NCBI GenBank assembly: GCA_964520655.1 | Contig: CAZFNI010000007.1 | Coordinates: 6,398-70,397 of the forward strand | Length of the DNA stretch: 64,000 nt | Direction: 5' to 3' | Source of the DNA: an uncultured Planctomycetales bacterium | GTDB lineage: Bacteria > Omnitrophota > Gorgyraeia > Zapsychrales > Fredricksoniimonadaceae | The notes under the pieces: model-generated | Told to the model about the DNA's origin: nothing | Databases searched by the model: none | Seen by the model: the letters and a program-made list of their open reading frames with translations, nothing else | Translations under genes and position numbers: made by a program | Part shown: positions 25,460-35,904 of the stretch, one piece after another | Position numbering within the stretch: position 1 is the stretch's first letter | How the letters are laid out: each line of letters opens with the position of its first letter

Positions 25460-27340
25460 ATGTGCGGGATCATCACCCATTTAAGTCTGGACAACAGCAG
25501 CCGTATTTCTCCTGATACATGCCGGCAGTTAAATGATCTGCTGATCCATCGCGGTCCCGATGATTCCGGTATCTTCTTAAGCGGCAATGTGGCCATGGGC
25601 ATGCGCCGGCTGGCCATCGTGGACTTAGAAGGCGGTCGTCAGCCGATCTCATCGAACGATGGGCGCTACACCATCGTTTTTAACGGGGAGATCTACGATC
25701 ATATGCTGCTGCGCCGTGAACTCTCGGCGCGGGGCAGGACATTTAAGCAGCACAGCGACACCGAGACGATCCTCAATGCCTACATCACCTGGGGAGCGGA
25801 TTGCCTGCGACACTTAAACGGCATGTTCGCGTTTAGCATCTGGGACGACACGGATAAGACTTTGTTCATTGCCCGCGACCGCGTCGGGATGAAGCCGCTT
25901 TACTACGCCCAGGATGCGAAACGCATCTTCTTCTCGTCCGAATTGACCCCGATCGTCCGCAGCCGTTTTTTCGACCTTCAATATAATCTCAAGGCGATCA
26001 GCGACTATTTGAGTTACTGGTATATCTGCGAGCCGGACACGATCTTTTTAAATGTGCATCAGCTTCCTCCGGGGCATTATGCCACCATCAAGGATGGGCG
26101 CATGACGGTCACCCGGTACTGGAGTATTCCCGCTAAGCCTGAGGCGGATGTGCCCTATGCCCAAAGCGTGGAACAGCTGCATGGTTTATTGACCGACGCG
26201 GTCAGGTCCCATTTGGTCGCGGATGTGCCCTTGGGCACATTCTTAAGCGGCGGTATTGATTCGGGCGTGGTGACAGCTTTGGCTAAAAGGCAAGCTGCCG
26301 GGCGATTATGTTCTTTCGGCATCGGTTTCAAAGATAGAAGTTACGATGAGACATCGCTGGCCAAAATGACGGCGGAGAAGCACGGGGTTGATCTGAACGT
26401 CCATATCATGGAGGACATATCGCCCGAACTTCTCGAGGAGATCATCGGCGCATTTGATGAACCGCTGGGGAATGCCAGTTATGTGCCGACCTATCTTTTA
26501 GCCAGGGCCGCTCGCGCCAAACTGAAAGTCGTACTGACGGGCGACGGAGGGGATGAGCTTTTCGGCGGTTATCCGACTTATCAGGCGCCTTACTACCAGA
26601 ATATGTGGCAGCGGACGCCGCGCTTCTTCAAGCAGATCATTAAGCAGTATGTCGCCGGGATGCGGGTGTCGCATCAACGCATTTCCCTTGATTATCGTCT
26701 CAAGCAGCTGATGCAGGGGATAGACCAGGATTATCAGCGCGCGCATATTTCCTGGCGTCAGGTAGCATCGATGGCCGTGCAGCAGCGTTTATGGAGATCT
26801 CATGTTTACGAGAAACTGCGGGGCCATGATCCTTTCATTGTCGCAGAGCGTTATTTCAGCCAGGCCAAAGAACTTTCGGTCATCAATCAGCTCATGTATG
26901 TGGACATCAATACGTTCTTGTTAAATGACCATTTGCGCAAAGTGGACCGCATGACCATGGCCCATGGATTGGAAGCCCGCATCCCGTTCTTGGATCACCG
27001 GATCGTGGAACTCGCCATGCGCATGCCGGCTCAGCATAAGATCAACCTCAGAAGCACAAAAAGAGTGCTCAAATCAGTCGCTGCTCAGTACTTGCCGAAA
27101 CAAGTCATCATGGGCAAGAAGAAGGGGCTGACATCGCCCATTGCCGGCTGGATCCATGGCCCGTTAAAAGAATATTTCAGCGATGTATTAACAGGGGGTA
27201 TTGCCAGCGAATTGTTTGAGTCCAAGGAGATCCGGGTACTGGTCACGGAACACATGGAAAGAAAAAAAGATCACAGCCGTATCTTATGGGCATTATTGAC
27301 GTTGCAGGTCTGGCATCGCAGGATCAGTGTTGGCCCATAA
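25460..27340 (+). CDS. asnB: Asparagine synthase (glutamine-hydrolysing) family amidotransferase
   Basis: The MCGI N-terminus provides the Cys2 nucleophile. Other motifs: RGPDD, FNGEIYDH, the PP-loop region FLSGGIDSGVV, and TGDGGDELFGGY. 626 aa. Given the context, it may amidate a sugar or polymer rather than make asparagine. Confidence 0.85.
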   Translation: MCGIITHLSLDNSSRISPDTCRQLNDLLIHRGPDDSGIFLSGNVAMGMRRLAIVDLEGGRQPISSNDGRYTIVFNGEIYDHMLLRRELSARGRTFKQHSDTETILNAYITWGADCLRHLNGMFAFSIWDDTDKTLFIARDRVGMKPLYYAQDAKRIFFSSELTPIVRSRFFDLQYNLKAISDYLSYWYICEPDTIFLNVHQLPPGHYATIKDGRMTVTRYWSIPAKPEADVPYAQSVEQLHGLLTDAVRSHLVADVPLGTFLSGGIDSGVVTALAKRQAAGRLCSFGIGFKDRSYDETSLAKMTAEKHGVDLNVHIMEDISPELLEEIIGAFDEPLGNASYVPTYLLARAARAKLKVVLTGDGGDELFGGYPTYQAPYYQNMWQRTPRFFKQIIKQYVAGMRVSHQRISLDYRLKQLMQGIDQDYQRAHISWRQVASMAVQQRLWRSHVYEKLRGHDPFIVAERYFSQAKELSVINQLMYVDINTFLLNDHLRKVDRMTMAHGLEARIPFLDHRIVELAMRMPAQHKINLRSTKRVLKSVAAQYLPKQVIMGKKKGLTSPIAGWIHGPLKEYFSDVLTGGIASELFESKEIRVLVTEHMERKKDHSRILWALLTLQVWHRRISVGP

Positions 27341-27410
27341 CCATAACGGAATAGGTGAATTTTCTGTTAAATCATGATATTCTGACGTCATTGCATTGAA
27401 AGAACGCGCG

Positions 27411-27752
27411 ATGGAAAAGATCATTCTGGGAATAGTCCAAACGATATTGTGCCCGCAATTCGCGGCTGATGCTAACCATCATCACGTGACGCATACGGCG
27501 GAAGTGCTTTACCGCAAGATCATGGCCATGCCGTTGTTGCTGCGTCTGGCCATGTCCGTGCTGTTATATGTTTTTAACGGATACGGGGTTTTGCTGGGCG
27601 GACATTTGTTTGAGAACCATGTCCCCCAAAACAAAGCTAAACAGTTAAGCCAATGGCAGAACAGCCCGATCGCCCCTTGCCGTGAAGCAATGTCTTTTTT
27701 TTATAAAATGACTTTTTTTATTTATTTCTCCTTATGCCCAAAGATCGATTAA
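27411..27752 (+). CDS. Small hypothetical membrane-associated protein (113 aa)
   Basis: The ORF is open from TTG 27396, with ATG at 27411. It has a hydrophobic core (PLLLRLAMSVLLYVFNGYGVLLGG) and overlaps the following GMC oxidoreductase gene by 19 nt. I recognise no motif. Confidence 0.4.
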   Translation: MEKIILGIVQTILCPQFAADANHHHVTHTAEVLYRKIMAMPLLLRLAMSVLLYVFNGYGVLLGGHLFENHVPQNKAKQLSQWQNSPIAPCREAMSFFYKMTFFIYFSLCPKID

Positions 27753-29065
27753 GTTGTGACGTTCTAGTCATTGGTTCCGGCCCCGGCGGCGCTATGACAG
27801 CCATGCTGTTGGCCCAGGCGGGACGGGATGTGATCCTTTTGGAAGAGGGGCAGCATATCCCCATCGACCAGGTTCCTGCGTATTCCCTGGATGAGATGGA
27901 CCTTAAATACCGCCACGGCGGGTTAACGGTCAGCGCGGGAGATCCCAAGGTCACTTACATAGAAGGCCGCTGCGTCGGAGGGGCAAGCGAGATCAATGCC
28001 GGGCTTTATCATCGCCCGCTGCCAAAAACATTGGATGCCTGGGGGGCGGAGCACCGTTTAAAGGGATTTTCTTCCCAGCTGATGGAGCCGTTCTTTTTAG
28101 CCAATGAAGACATGATCAAGGTGGTGCCGTTTCAGGGTGAATTGTCGATCGCTTCGCGTTTGATCCGCGACGGGGCTCAAAAGCTGGGCTGGCAGTCGGG
28201 GGAGGTGCCCAGGTTATGGGATTACGCGAAGGGATGTAAGTGCTCGATGAGCGAAGCGGTGATCCCGCAATTTATCAAAGCCAAAGGACGGCTGATCACG
28301 CAGGCCAGGGCGGGACGTTTGCATGTGTCCAATAGAAAAGCCTTTCAGGTCAATACCCGTTTATTGAATATCCGTTTTAACCATGTGTTTATCTGCGGCG
28401 GCGCGATACAAACGCCGCTCTTGCTGCGGCGAAGCGGCATCAAGAAGAATATCGGCAATAATTTACGTATGCATCCGGCGGTGCGGGCGGTCGTTGAATT
28501 TGACCGCGATATCAATGATCCAAGTGAGGGCGTGCCGGTCTATCAGGTCAGTGAATTCAAACCGGAGATCTCATTAGGGGGTTCTTACAGCGGGCTGCCG
28601 CATTTAGGGCTGTGGCTCTCCGGGCGAAGCGACCTAAAAGCGCATTTAAAGGCCTGGAAGCGACACGCGATCTTTTACGCCCTGATCATGGCTTCTACGC
28701 CTGGGAAGGTGCGTGCTATTCCTTTTGTCGACGAGCCGATTGTCAGCCTGCCCATGGTCAAGGCTGATTGGGAGCTGATGGAGCAGGGGCTTTCGCGTCT
28801 GGAGGAATTATTCAAGGCGGCAGGGGCGGTGCATATCCACCGCAGCATCAAGCCCGAACTATCAACGATACATTTGTTCTGTTCCTGTCCCATGGGGGAG
28901 GACTCACCGACCGCTGCGGTCGATTCTTACGGCCGGCTGCACGGGTATGACAATATTTATTTGAACGACGCCAGCATTCTACCGGCAACGCCCGGGGTCA
29001 ATCCCCAGGCAACCATCATGGCGCTGGCCCGCCGCAACGTGGAGCATTTTATAAAATACTCATGA
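27734..29065 (+). CDS. GMC-family FAD-dependent oxidoreductase (short form, 443 aa)
   Basis: N-terminal CDVLVIGSGPGGAMTAMLLAQAGRDVILLEEG. The C-terminal GMC signature region is VDSYGRLHGYDNIYLNDASILPATPGVNPQATIMALARRN. Confidence 0.8.
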   Translation: MPKDRLSCDVLVIGSGPGGAMTAMLLAQAGRDVILLEEGQHIPIDQVPAYSLDEMDLKYRHGGLTVSAGDPKVTYIEGRCVGGASEINAGLYHRPLPKTLDAWGAEHRLKGFSSQLMEPFFLANEDMIKVVPFQGELSIASRLIRDGAQKLGWQSGEVPRLWDYAKGCKCSMSEAVIPQFIKAKGRLITQARAGRLHVSNRKAFQVNTRLLNIRFNHVFICGGAIQTPLLLRRSGIKKNIGNNLRMHPAVRAVVEFDRDINDPSEGVPVYQVSEFKPEISLGGSYSGLPHLGLWLSGRSDLKAHLKAWKRHAIFYALIMASTPGKVRAIPFVDEPIVSLPMVKADWELMEQGLSRLEELFKAAGAVHIHRSIKPELSTIHLFCSCPMGEDSPTAAVDSYGRLHGYDNIYLNDASILPATPGVNPQATIMALARRNVEHFIKYS

Positions 29066-31116
29066 GCCGATTATCTTTGAGCCCCGCGTACCGCAATGTC
29101 CTGATGCTGGCCGTTCTAAGCTTCCTGCAGGCGCTGCAGCTGCTGATCTGGGCGGCTGCTGCAAGTTCCCTGATCCCCTATGCCAGGACCGATTTTGTCA
29201 CAAAGATCTTTCCGGTCTATTTGCCCGAGGTAAGGCCTGAGCGGGAGATGCTCTTGTTCCGTTTGTTTGTGGTGATGGCCGTCGCTATCATGGCGGCGTG
29301 GATCGTCCGGCACAAGGATGAGGTCGACTCCCGAGAACTTCGACGGGAATATGGCGCTTATACGGTCTTTACGGCAACGGTCATTGTCATACAGCTGATC
29401 TTTATTTTTAAACTTATTGTTTTTGGGGGCCCCCTGTGGGCCAGAGTGATGATGTGGCTTTGCATGGTCGGAGCTTTGTTGGCGCATGTGTTCTGGCCGG
29501 AACTGCGGAAAATATTATCTTCCTGGCAGGGGAAGATCATATCCAGCGATGATGTTGGATCCCCGCATTTGTGGGATGCTTCATTTATCCTTTTGCTGTT
29601 TGTTCTGCTATATCCAAATAATCTAGATAATGTACTGGGCCGCATATTTGTTCATGATCAGTTCTATCATTTAGACAGCATGCTCATGATGCCGGGCTTC
29701 GCGCATCTCAAAGGTCTGCTGTTAAACCGGGATATCACCAGCGAATACAGCGCCGGGTTGCCTGTAATGCTGTCCAATGTGCTGAATTTCTTCCATGGGT
29801 TTGATTATCCGGGGGCGGTAAGGCTGTTGATCATGTTGAACCTGGTTTATTACGCGGCGTTGTACCTGTTCATTGCCCGCTGGCTTAATTCCAGGCCTTT
29901 GGGGGTGTTGGGCACATTGCTTGCGGTCAAATGGCAAATGTTCCATTGGGGGGTGGCGCCATTGGTCTGGCAATTCCCCAGTGCCACCGCTTTAAGGCAT
30001 TTGCCGGACATTGTGTTTTATTTTACTTTCTGGCAGTATTTAAGAACACTTAAGACGCGCTGGTTGATCATTGCGGTGATCTCTGTCGGTGTCACGTTGT
30101 TCTGGATGATGGATGTCGGGGTCTATTTGCTGGCAGCGCTTTGCGCGGGCATGCTTTTATTCAATTGGCGGCAGGCTTTCGCAGCGGCGGCTCTGGCGCT
30201 TGGCACGGCTTTTGTGTTGCTGTGGGCTGGGCAGCCCCAGGCGGTTGTGTCGGCGGATTATTGGAAGAACCAGTTTGAATTCGCCTCATTGTTCCTCAAC
30301 GGGTGGGGGGCATTACCGATGACGGAAGGGTTAAAGGATAAGCAGTTCTTTGCTTTTATCATTGGATTTGTTATTCCCGTCGGTTATGCCGCCAGTTTAG
30401 TCTACAGCGCCCAACGTTTCTGGGCAGATAAAAACCGAAAAGACCATTTGTTCGTCGTTGTGTTGTGCCTGTACGGCCTTGGCCTGTACCATTATTTTAT
30501 CCATCGTTCTGGTGTCACCAGTTATTACGCGGTGTGTGTTCCGCTTGTTTTGCTTGTGTGTTTTTGGGGGCAGCAGCTGTTGTCCCGGCTGCCTGCCGAT
30601 AAGCGGCGGCTGGCGGCGGTCGTGGCCGCAAGCCTGATGCTGCCGATCTTGGCTACGAGCTATCTGTTCACGTATTATCCCAATATCCTTAATCTTGCCG
30701 GCAATGACTGGAAGATCGAGGCCAAATATTATCGCGAACACTTTGACCTGAAAAAAGATGCGCAAATGATCGCGTCATTGTCCGCTCCTGGCGAGAGGGT
30801 GGCCATCATCAGTAGTTTTGAGACCAGGATCCTGATGCAGGCCGACCGTCCGCCGCTGTTTTACTATTCACCCATGGTCGAATCTTCCTTGATGGATGAT
30901 CCGCGATCACGGTTGACCTATCTACACACTCACAAACGGCTGCGGGAGACGATCGCGCAGATCGAGGAACGCAGGCCGTCGTATGTTTTTATCGAGGCAA
31001 AGATGCTCAATGTGCAGGGCCAGGAAGCATTGTCAGGTCTGTTAAGCGCGGTGATGAACAATTACACACCGTTTAAACAAGGGGTTTACTTGATCGCCTT
31101 TAAGAGGACGAAATGA
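29062..31116 (+). CDS. Family C1: uncharacterised large polytopic membrane protein with a C-terminal soluble domain (684 aa)
   Basis: ATGA overlap with the upstream gene. Loop motif RIFVHDQFYHLDSMLMMPG....DITSEYSAGLP, then AVKWQMFHWGV. The C-terminal domain is VAIISSFETRILMQADRPPLFYYSPM....RPSYVFIEAK......NYTPFKQGVYLIAFKR. Confidence 0.6.
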   Translation: MSRLSLSPAYRNVLMLAVLSFLQALQLLIWAAAASSLIPYARTDFVTKIFPVYLPEVRPEREMLLFRLFVVMAVAIMAAWIVRHKDEVDSRELRREYGAYTVFTATVIVIQLIFIFKLIVFGGPLWARVMMWLCMVGALLAHVFWPELRKILSSWQGKIISSDDVGSPHLWDASFILLLFVLLYPNNLDNVLGRIFVHDQFYHLDSMLMMPGFAHLKGLLLNRDITSEYSAGLPVMLSNVLNFFHGFDYPGAVRLLIMLNLVYYAALYLFIARWLNSRPLGVLGTLLAVKWQMFHWGVAPLVWQFPSATALRHLPDIVFYFTFWQYLRTLKTRWLIIAVISVGVTLFWMMDVGVYLLAALCAGMLLFNWRQAFAAAALALGTAFVLLWAGQPQAVVSADYWKNQFEFASLFLNGWGALPMTEGLKDKQFFAFIIGFVIPVGYAASLVYSAQRFWADKNRKDHLFVVVLCLYGLGLYHYFIHRSGVTSYYAVCVPLVLLVCFWGQQLLSRLPADKRRLAAVVAASLMLPILATSYLFTYYPNILNLAGNDWKIEAKYYREHFDLKKDAQMIASLSAPGERVAIISSFETRILMQADRPPLFYYSPMVESSLMDDPRSRLTYLHTHKRLRETIAQIEERRPSYVFIEAKMLNVQGQEALSGLLSAVMNNYTPFKQGVYLIAFKRTK

Positions 31117-33701
31117 AGAACCAGTGCGCAAGACGTGATATTGGCATCGCCTTTATCCTGACCATGGCGGCTTATGCGCTGCTTTATCCTGATCAGTTCG
31201 TGTTCGGCAGCCGCCGTTTTTTGCAAGGGCAGGATACGGAGATACATTTAGAGAGCCTATTTACGCTGGTATCCCATGTTTTCCAGGGCGGGGTGCAGCT
31301 GTACGACCGTTTCGACGGGTTCAATAATGTATACACCCTCATGACCGCTGGCTTATATTCAGTTCTGGATATGATCTTAGCCGGCATATATGTATTGTTA
31401 AGCCCTTTAAGCGATCATTCCGGAAGTTTCCTGCACCAGGTCTATTCCGTCGGGTATTACGCCGGAGCTGCGGTGATACGCATCATGGGGGGCTATTTAT
31501 TGCTGGGCAAGTTCACGCGAAACAGGGCGGCCCGCGTCATCGCGCTGGTGCTGGCGAATCTGTTCCTCTCGTCGTTTTTGATCAACCGCGGCATGCAGGT
31601 CAATAACTTGTATAGTTATTTGCCGCTGCTTTTATATTTTGTCCTTAATTTTTTTGAGAACTTTGATCTAAAAGATGCGTGTCTCGCCGCGCTGGTCATG
31701 GCATTGGCGGTGAGCAATTCGCCATTCTTGGGCTTAAGTTATTTTTATTTGATCGTCCATTTTTTTATGATCAGCTGTGCAGCCGTCTATGCGTATTTTG
31801 CGTTAAAAGATGGCATCAAAGAAAGAACGCTAAGCTGGGAACCAGCTCAATGGGGATATGCCGCCGCTGTTGCAGCGGTCATTGTTATCCTGATCCTGCC
31901 GTACGCGCTGATGCAGTCGGATTTCAAAAATGATTTCTTCATCGCTAATTCAGGTGTTAACGGCACCGTTGGCCGTCTAAAGGCGGCGGGGGTGGACGCG
32001 TATTTTTCTTTCCCCGGTCGTTCCTATGTGAACCCTGGTGAGTTCTTGACCAAAAGTGTTGATTTCACGCTGACCCGATGGGGATCGACATGGATGTTCT
32101 TAGGTGTCGGTATGCTCTTTCTGATCTTAAGCGGACTGGTGCTGTCCCGTCAGAGGTTAAAGGGAGTGATCGTTTGCCTGACGGTCTTTGTGCTGAGCTT
32201 AAATATTCCAGCCAGCAAGGACAGTGTGCCCGGCTTTGCCCACTGGATCAATGTGTTGACAAATCCTTTCCATTTTTTGATCCGCAGCGTCCATATGTCG
32301 ACGCTGTTATGGTATCTCACCTTGACGCCGTTAGTTGCGCTGGGGATAGAGGCGTTGACCGCTTTGGCTGCTGGCCGCCGCGAGGCGGTCCATGCCGGTC
32401 GTCTTTATACATTCCTGGGATTCTTTGCCGGATCGTGTGTGCTGACAGCGTGTTTATCGCCGGGGCGGGTGCAGGGATATGTGCTGCTGCAGGGGGCGCT
32501 TATTGTCGCGACCATGCTTTTACTCTCCACACAGAAGAAGAAAATGAAATGGGCGGCCGCGCTGCTGGGGATCATTTTGATCGCCGGAGAGCTGGCAGCT
32601 CTTAAGAATTACGTGGACGAAGACCTGGATGTGCAGGTGCATTTAAAGCCGCAGGTTTACAGCGGCGTGCGTTCTGCTGAACCAATTTTATTAGATCATC
32701 AAAACCCCAAGGTCTTTCCCAACCGGGCGTATTATAAGAATAGCGCGCAACCCGTCTTTCCGCCGGCCTATACCTATCAGAACACTTACGGCGCCTATTA
32801 CAGTCATTATCCATTGATGGAGCGTTTTTTGCGTCCTCCTTCGCTGTATGAACCAAGGCCGCTGGTATTTAAAGGTTTCGCCCAAGATGTCGCGAACGCG
32901 GCGTATTTGCAGAAAGTCGGCCTGATGATGTTCTTTGTGCCGTATGCCATGGATGATTCGCGGGTGCGCATGGAAGACTTGTTGTCCGCGGGGCTTAATG
33001 GGCAGGTGGTGCTATTGCCCGCGGGTTCGCCTGGGATGGTTCCGCCCGATCAGGCGATCGTACCCCAGCCGATGCCAGTGGTCAGGACCCAGGAATTCGC
33101 ATTAGATCCCAAAAAAGCCAAACGTATACAGAAGGGGACTAATATCGAGTGGCATTTGACGCTTCCAGGCGGCTTCCCTTCTTATGTGACATCGACGGTG
33201 TTCACTCAAGATCAAGATGATCTTCAGCTATTGATGGGAGAGAGGGCATTAACACAGGTTCAAGGCGGGTTGGTTGTTCCCTACAGCTTTGATGTACAGA
33301 ATATCAAGGAGGGCAAGGCGGTGGTCCTGCTGCCGCAAGGCATTGATCCAGCATCGTCAGGGCTTAAGCTGGTGTACAAAAGATCAGACGGTATTAAGGA
33401 GATCTGGAAGAATACCCATGATGCCTGGGGTTTGACGATCGAAGCTCCCGTGGATGGATGGGTGGTGTTCCACTATCCGTATGATCCAAAATGGAAGATC
33501 ATTGTCGACGGAAGAACAGAAGCGCTTTACAAGGCGGATCATTATTATTGCGCTGTGCGTGTATCCAAAGGCGAACATCGGCTTTTACTCCAGTATTGGC
33601 CGGGGACGATCATACGGCCGTTGTTATTGTTATCAGCACTGCTTAGCATCGGTGTATTTTTTTATGTATTTAAAGAAGGGTATCGGCGTGAGTGTCCATA
33701 G
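31113..33701 (+). CDS. Family B3: YfhO-like polytopic membrane protein (862 aa)
   Basis: ATGA overlap. Motifs: FQGGVQLYDRFDGFNNVYTLMTAGLYS...LLSPL and AHWINVLTNPFHFLIRSVHMSTLLWY. The C-terminus is PYDPKWKIIVDGRTEALYKADHYYCAVRVSKGEHRLLLQYWP followed by a terminal TM helix. Confidence 0.6.
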   Translation: MKNQCARRDIGIAFILTMAAYALLYPDQFVFGSRRFLQGQDTEIHLESLFTLVSHVFQGGVQLYDRFDGFNNVYTLMTAGLYSVLDMILAGIYVLLSPLSDHSGSFLHQVYSVGYYAGAAVIRIMGGYLLLGKFTRNRAARVIALVLANLFLSSFLINRGMQVNNLYSYLPLLLYFVLNFFENFDLKDACLAALVMALAVSNSPFLGLSYFYLIVHFFMISCAAVYAYFALKDGIKERTLSWEPAQWGYAAAVAAVIVILILPYALMQSDFKNDFFIANSGVNGTVGRLKAAGVDAYFSFPGRSYVNPGEFLTKSVDFTLTRWGSTWMFLGVGMLFLILSGLVLSRQRLKGVIVCLTVFVLSLNIPASKDSVPGFAHWINVLTNPFHFLIRSVHMSTLLWYLTLTPLVALGIEALTALAAGRREAVHAGRLYTFLGFFAGSCVLTACLSPGRVQGYVLLQGALIVATMLLLSTQKKKMKWAAALLGIILIAGELAALKNYVDEDLDVQVHLKPQVYSGVRSAEPILLDHQNPKVFPNRAYYKNSAQPVFPPAYTYQNTYGAYYSHYPLMERFLRPPSLYEPRPLVFKGFAQDVANAAYLQKVGLMMFFVPYAMDDSRVRMEDLLSAGLNGQVVLLPAGSPGMVPPDQAIVPQPMPVVRTQEFALDPKKAKRIQKGTNIEWHLTLPGGFPSYVTSTVFTQDQDDLQLLMGERALTQVQGGLVVPYSFDVQNIKEGKAVVLLPQGIDPASSGLKLVYKRSDGIKEIWKNTHDAWGLTIEAPVDGWVVFHYPYDPKWKIIVDGRTEALYKADHYYCAVRVSKGEHRLLLQYWPGTIIRPLLLLSALLSIGVFFYVFKEGYRRECP

Positions 33702-35904
33702 AAAGATCTTTTATTCGTCCCTGTTAGGTATCCTGACAGCCCTTCAGGCGACAGTCCTGTTAGCCAGGCTCTTGTCCTTGAGAGTTCCGTCCTCGGCATT
33801 GACTGCCGATGTGGTCGGCGAGTGGCAATCCCTGCTGCGCCCGGAGTGGGAGACGGTCATTTACCGCGGATTTGTTTTTTTTGCTATTACTGGAGCATTT
33901 CTTTGGGTGAATATCCTTCGATTTATCCCGCGTTTACCCCGCTTTGCGGCCGCGGAGCTGGTCGTGACCGTCGCGATCCTGGGGACATGTTTCAAAGCGG
34001 CGGTCTATGCCGGCCATCCGCAGCTGGCAGGCAATTGGCAGATCATTCTTCTGGCCTCAGCGGTGCTTCTTAAAGTTTTCTGGCCGTGGGTGGATCGTCA
34101 GACAGAGGCGTTGGCGGAATTTGCTCTCAATAAGAGCAACAGGAAATACATCGATCTGCTGCTGACGGTCCTGATGCCCCTGGTGATCGTTTTGATCATC
34201 GATGTCCCCAATGTCCAGGGCGCTGTGGCGCGATTTTTTGTCGGCGAGCAATTCCATCATAACGACAGTTTTATTTATGGGCCGGTCCTCGCTTATGCCA
34301 GCGGCGCGAAGCTTGATGTGGATGTCATCAGCCAGTACGGGGTGGGTGTCGGCGCTATTTTTGGGACTTTGTCCTCGATGATCGGGGGCGTCAGTTATGA
34401 AAATGGGCTGACGCTGATGGTCTGGGGCGCGATCATCTATTATGTGCTGCTCTTCTTCCTGCTAAGGTCCTGGATCAACAATACAGTGCTGGCCTGTGCA
34501 GGGGTTTTTCTGGCGCTTAAATTCCAAATGTTCAATGCGGGCGTTTATCCGTTCGCTTTCACCTATGGCAGCGCGACAGTGCTGCGCGCCTGGTTTGATA
34601 TTGTTGTGCTTTGGTCCTTATGGGCGCACAGCCGCTGTCCCAGGATGCGCTGGCTAATATTGGCCGCCGCCGCATGCGGAGCGCAGTTATTCTATATCCC
34701 CTCCGACGGGGCTTATGTGTCGGCGATGCTGGCGTTCTATATCTTTGTCTGGGCCTGGCTTAACGGGGGGGTCAGAAAACTCTGGATCCTGGTCGTGCTG
34801 CTGGCTGCGCCGGCAATAATGCTGCTGTTGATGGGGATATTCCTGGGACCATCGGTCGGGCAAAAGATCTTTTGGGAGAACCTCAAAGAATTCGTCAGCT
34901 ATTTCCTTAACGGTTTTGGGCTGACGCCGATCGACAGCGGTTTGATCGAGCGCAAGTTCCTGGCATCCCTGATGGGCTTTGTGCTGCCGGTCCTTTATGT
35001 ACTGACGTTGTTGTTCACCGGCGCGCTTTTGCTGCTGCGCAAGATCCATCTGCGCAACCTTTTTGCCTGTACGCTCAGCGTTTACGGGTTATGTCTCTAC
35101 CATTACTACGTGGCCCGATCAGGCCCGTCGAGCTATTATGTGGTTTCTGTTCCTTTTGTGATGCTCTTGATATTTTGGATCAGCAAAGCCGGCGCGCTGT
35201 TCCCGGAAAATCTCCGCCGTATGACAAGTCCGGCGGTTCTTCTGGTCAGCGTGTTGATGCTGCTGCTTAATCAGAATTTTATTGCCTATCCTAATCGCTT
35301 TAACGTCTCGCGAAATCCTTTGACCGATCCCGCTGTTGCCCAGCCGCTGGATTCCGGCCTGCCGTATTTCTATCATTTATATAGAGGCTACAATGATCAA
35401 CTGAAAGTCCCGCTCAATGCTTTAGGTCAGCAGGATGAGGGACTCTATGCCGAATCGGATTTCCGCTCAGATGACCAGCTTTTGTCCTATTATCGCGCGG
35501 AATCGGATTTTTCTGTTGATGCGGCATTGATCGCCCGTTTGACAAAACCTGATGAGCCGGCGGCATTGATCAGCAGTTTTGAGATCAAAATACTCATCGA
35601 TGCCAAACGCCGCCCTTACTTTTATTATTTCCCTCTGGCAATTTCTCATCCGCTGCGTTCCCGGACGCTTGTGCGCAGCAGCATTTACACGAAGGACCAG
35701 CTGACAAAGGTGCTTGAGAAATTAGACCGGGACAAGCCGCCGTATATTTTCGTCGAACGCGTTTTGCTGCAGCGTCCGCTGCCGGAAGTATTTTATTTTT
35801 ATTATTCCAGCATGCTGTATTTAGTCGACCATGTGATGGCCAACTATGAGGTCGCCCAACAGGGGAAATATATTGTTGCCATGCGTTATAAAGGAGCCCG
35901 ATAG
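33688..35904 (+). CDS. Family C2: uncharacterised large polytopic membrane protein (about 738 aa)
   Basis: The track ORF opens at 33454 inside the upstream gene. GTG 33688 is preceded by AAGAAGGG at 33673-33680; ATG 33664 is an alternative start. Motifs: RFFVGEQFHHNDSFIYGP....DVDVISQYGVGVG and ALKFQMFNAGV. The C-terminus is AALISSFEIKILIDAKRRPYFYYFPL....KPPYIFVERV.....NYEVAQQGKYIVAMRYK. Confidence 0.6.
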   Translation: MSVHRKIFYSSLLGILTALQATVLLARLLSLRVPSSALTADVVGEWQSLLRPEWETVIYRGFVFFAITGAFLWVNILRFIPRLPRFAAAELVVTVAILGTCFKAAVYAGHPQLAGNWQIILLASAVLLKVFWPWVDRQTEALAEFALNKSNRKYIDLLLTVLMPLVIVLIIDVPNVQGAVARFFVGEQFHHNDSFIYGPVLAYASGAKLDVDVISQYGVGVGAIFGTLSSMIGGVSYENGLTLMVWGAIIYYVLLFFLLRSWINNTVLACAGVFLALKFQMFNAGVYPFAFTYGSATVLRAWFDIVVLWSLWAHSRCPRMRWLILAAAACGAQLFYIPSDGAYVSAMLAFYIFVWAWLNGGVRKLWILVVLLAAPAIMLLLMGIFLGPSVGQKIFWENLKEFVSYFLNGFGLTPIDSGLIERKFLASLMGFVLPVLYVLTLLFTGALLLLRKIHLRNLFACTLSVYGLCLYHYYVARSGPSSYYVVSVPFVMLLIFWISKAGALFPENLRRMTSPAVLLVSVLMLLLNQNFIAYPNRFNVSRNPLTDPAVAQPLDSGLPYFYHLYRGYNDQLKVPLNALGQQDEGLYAESDFRSDDQLLSYYRAESDFSVDAALIARLTKPDEPAALISSFEIKILIDAKRRPYFYYFPLAISHPLRSRTLVRSSIYTKDQLTKVLEKLDRDKPPYIFVERVLLQRPLPEVFYFYYSSMLYLVDHVMANYEVAQQGKYIVAMRYKGAR

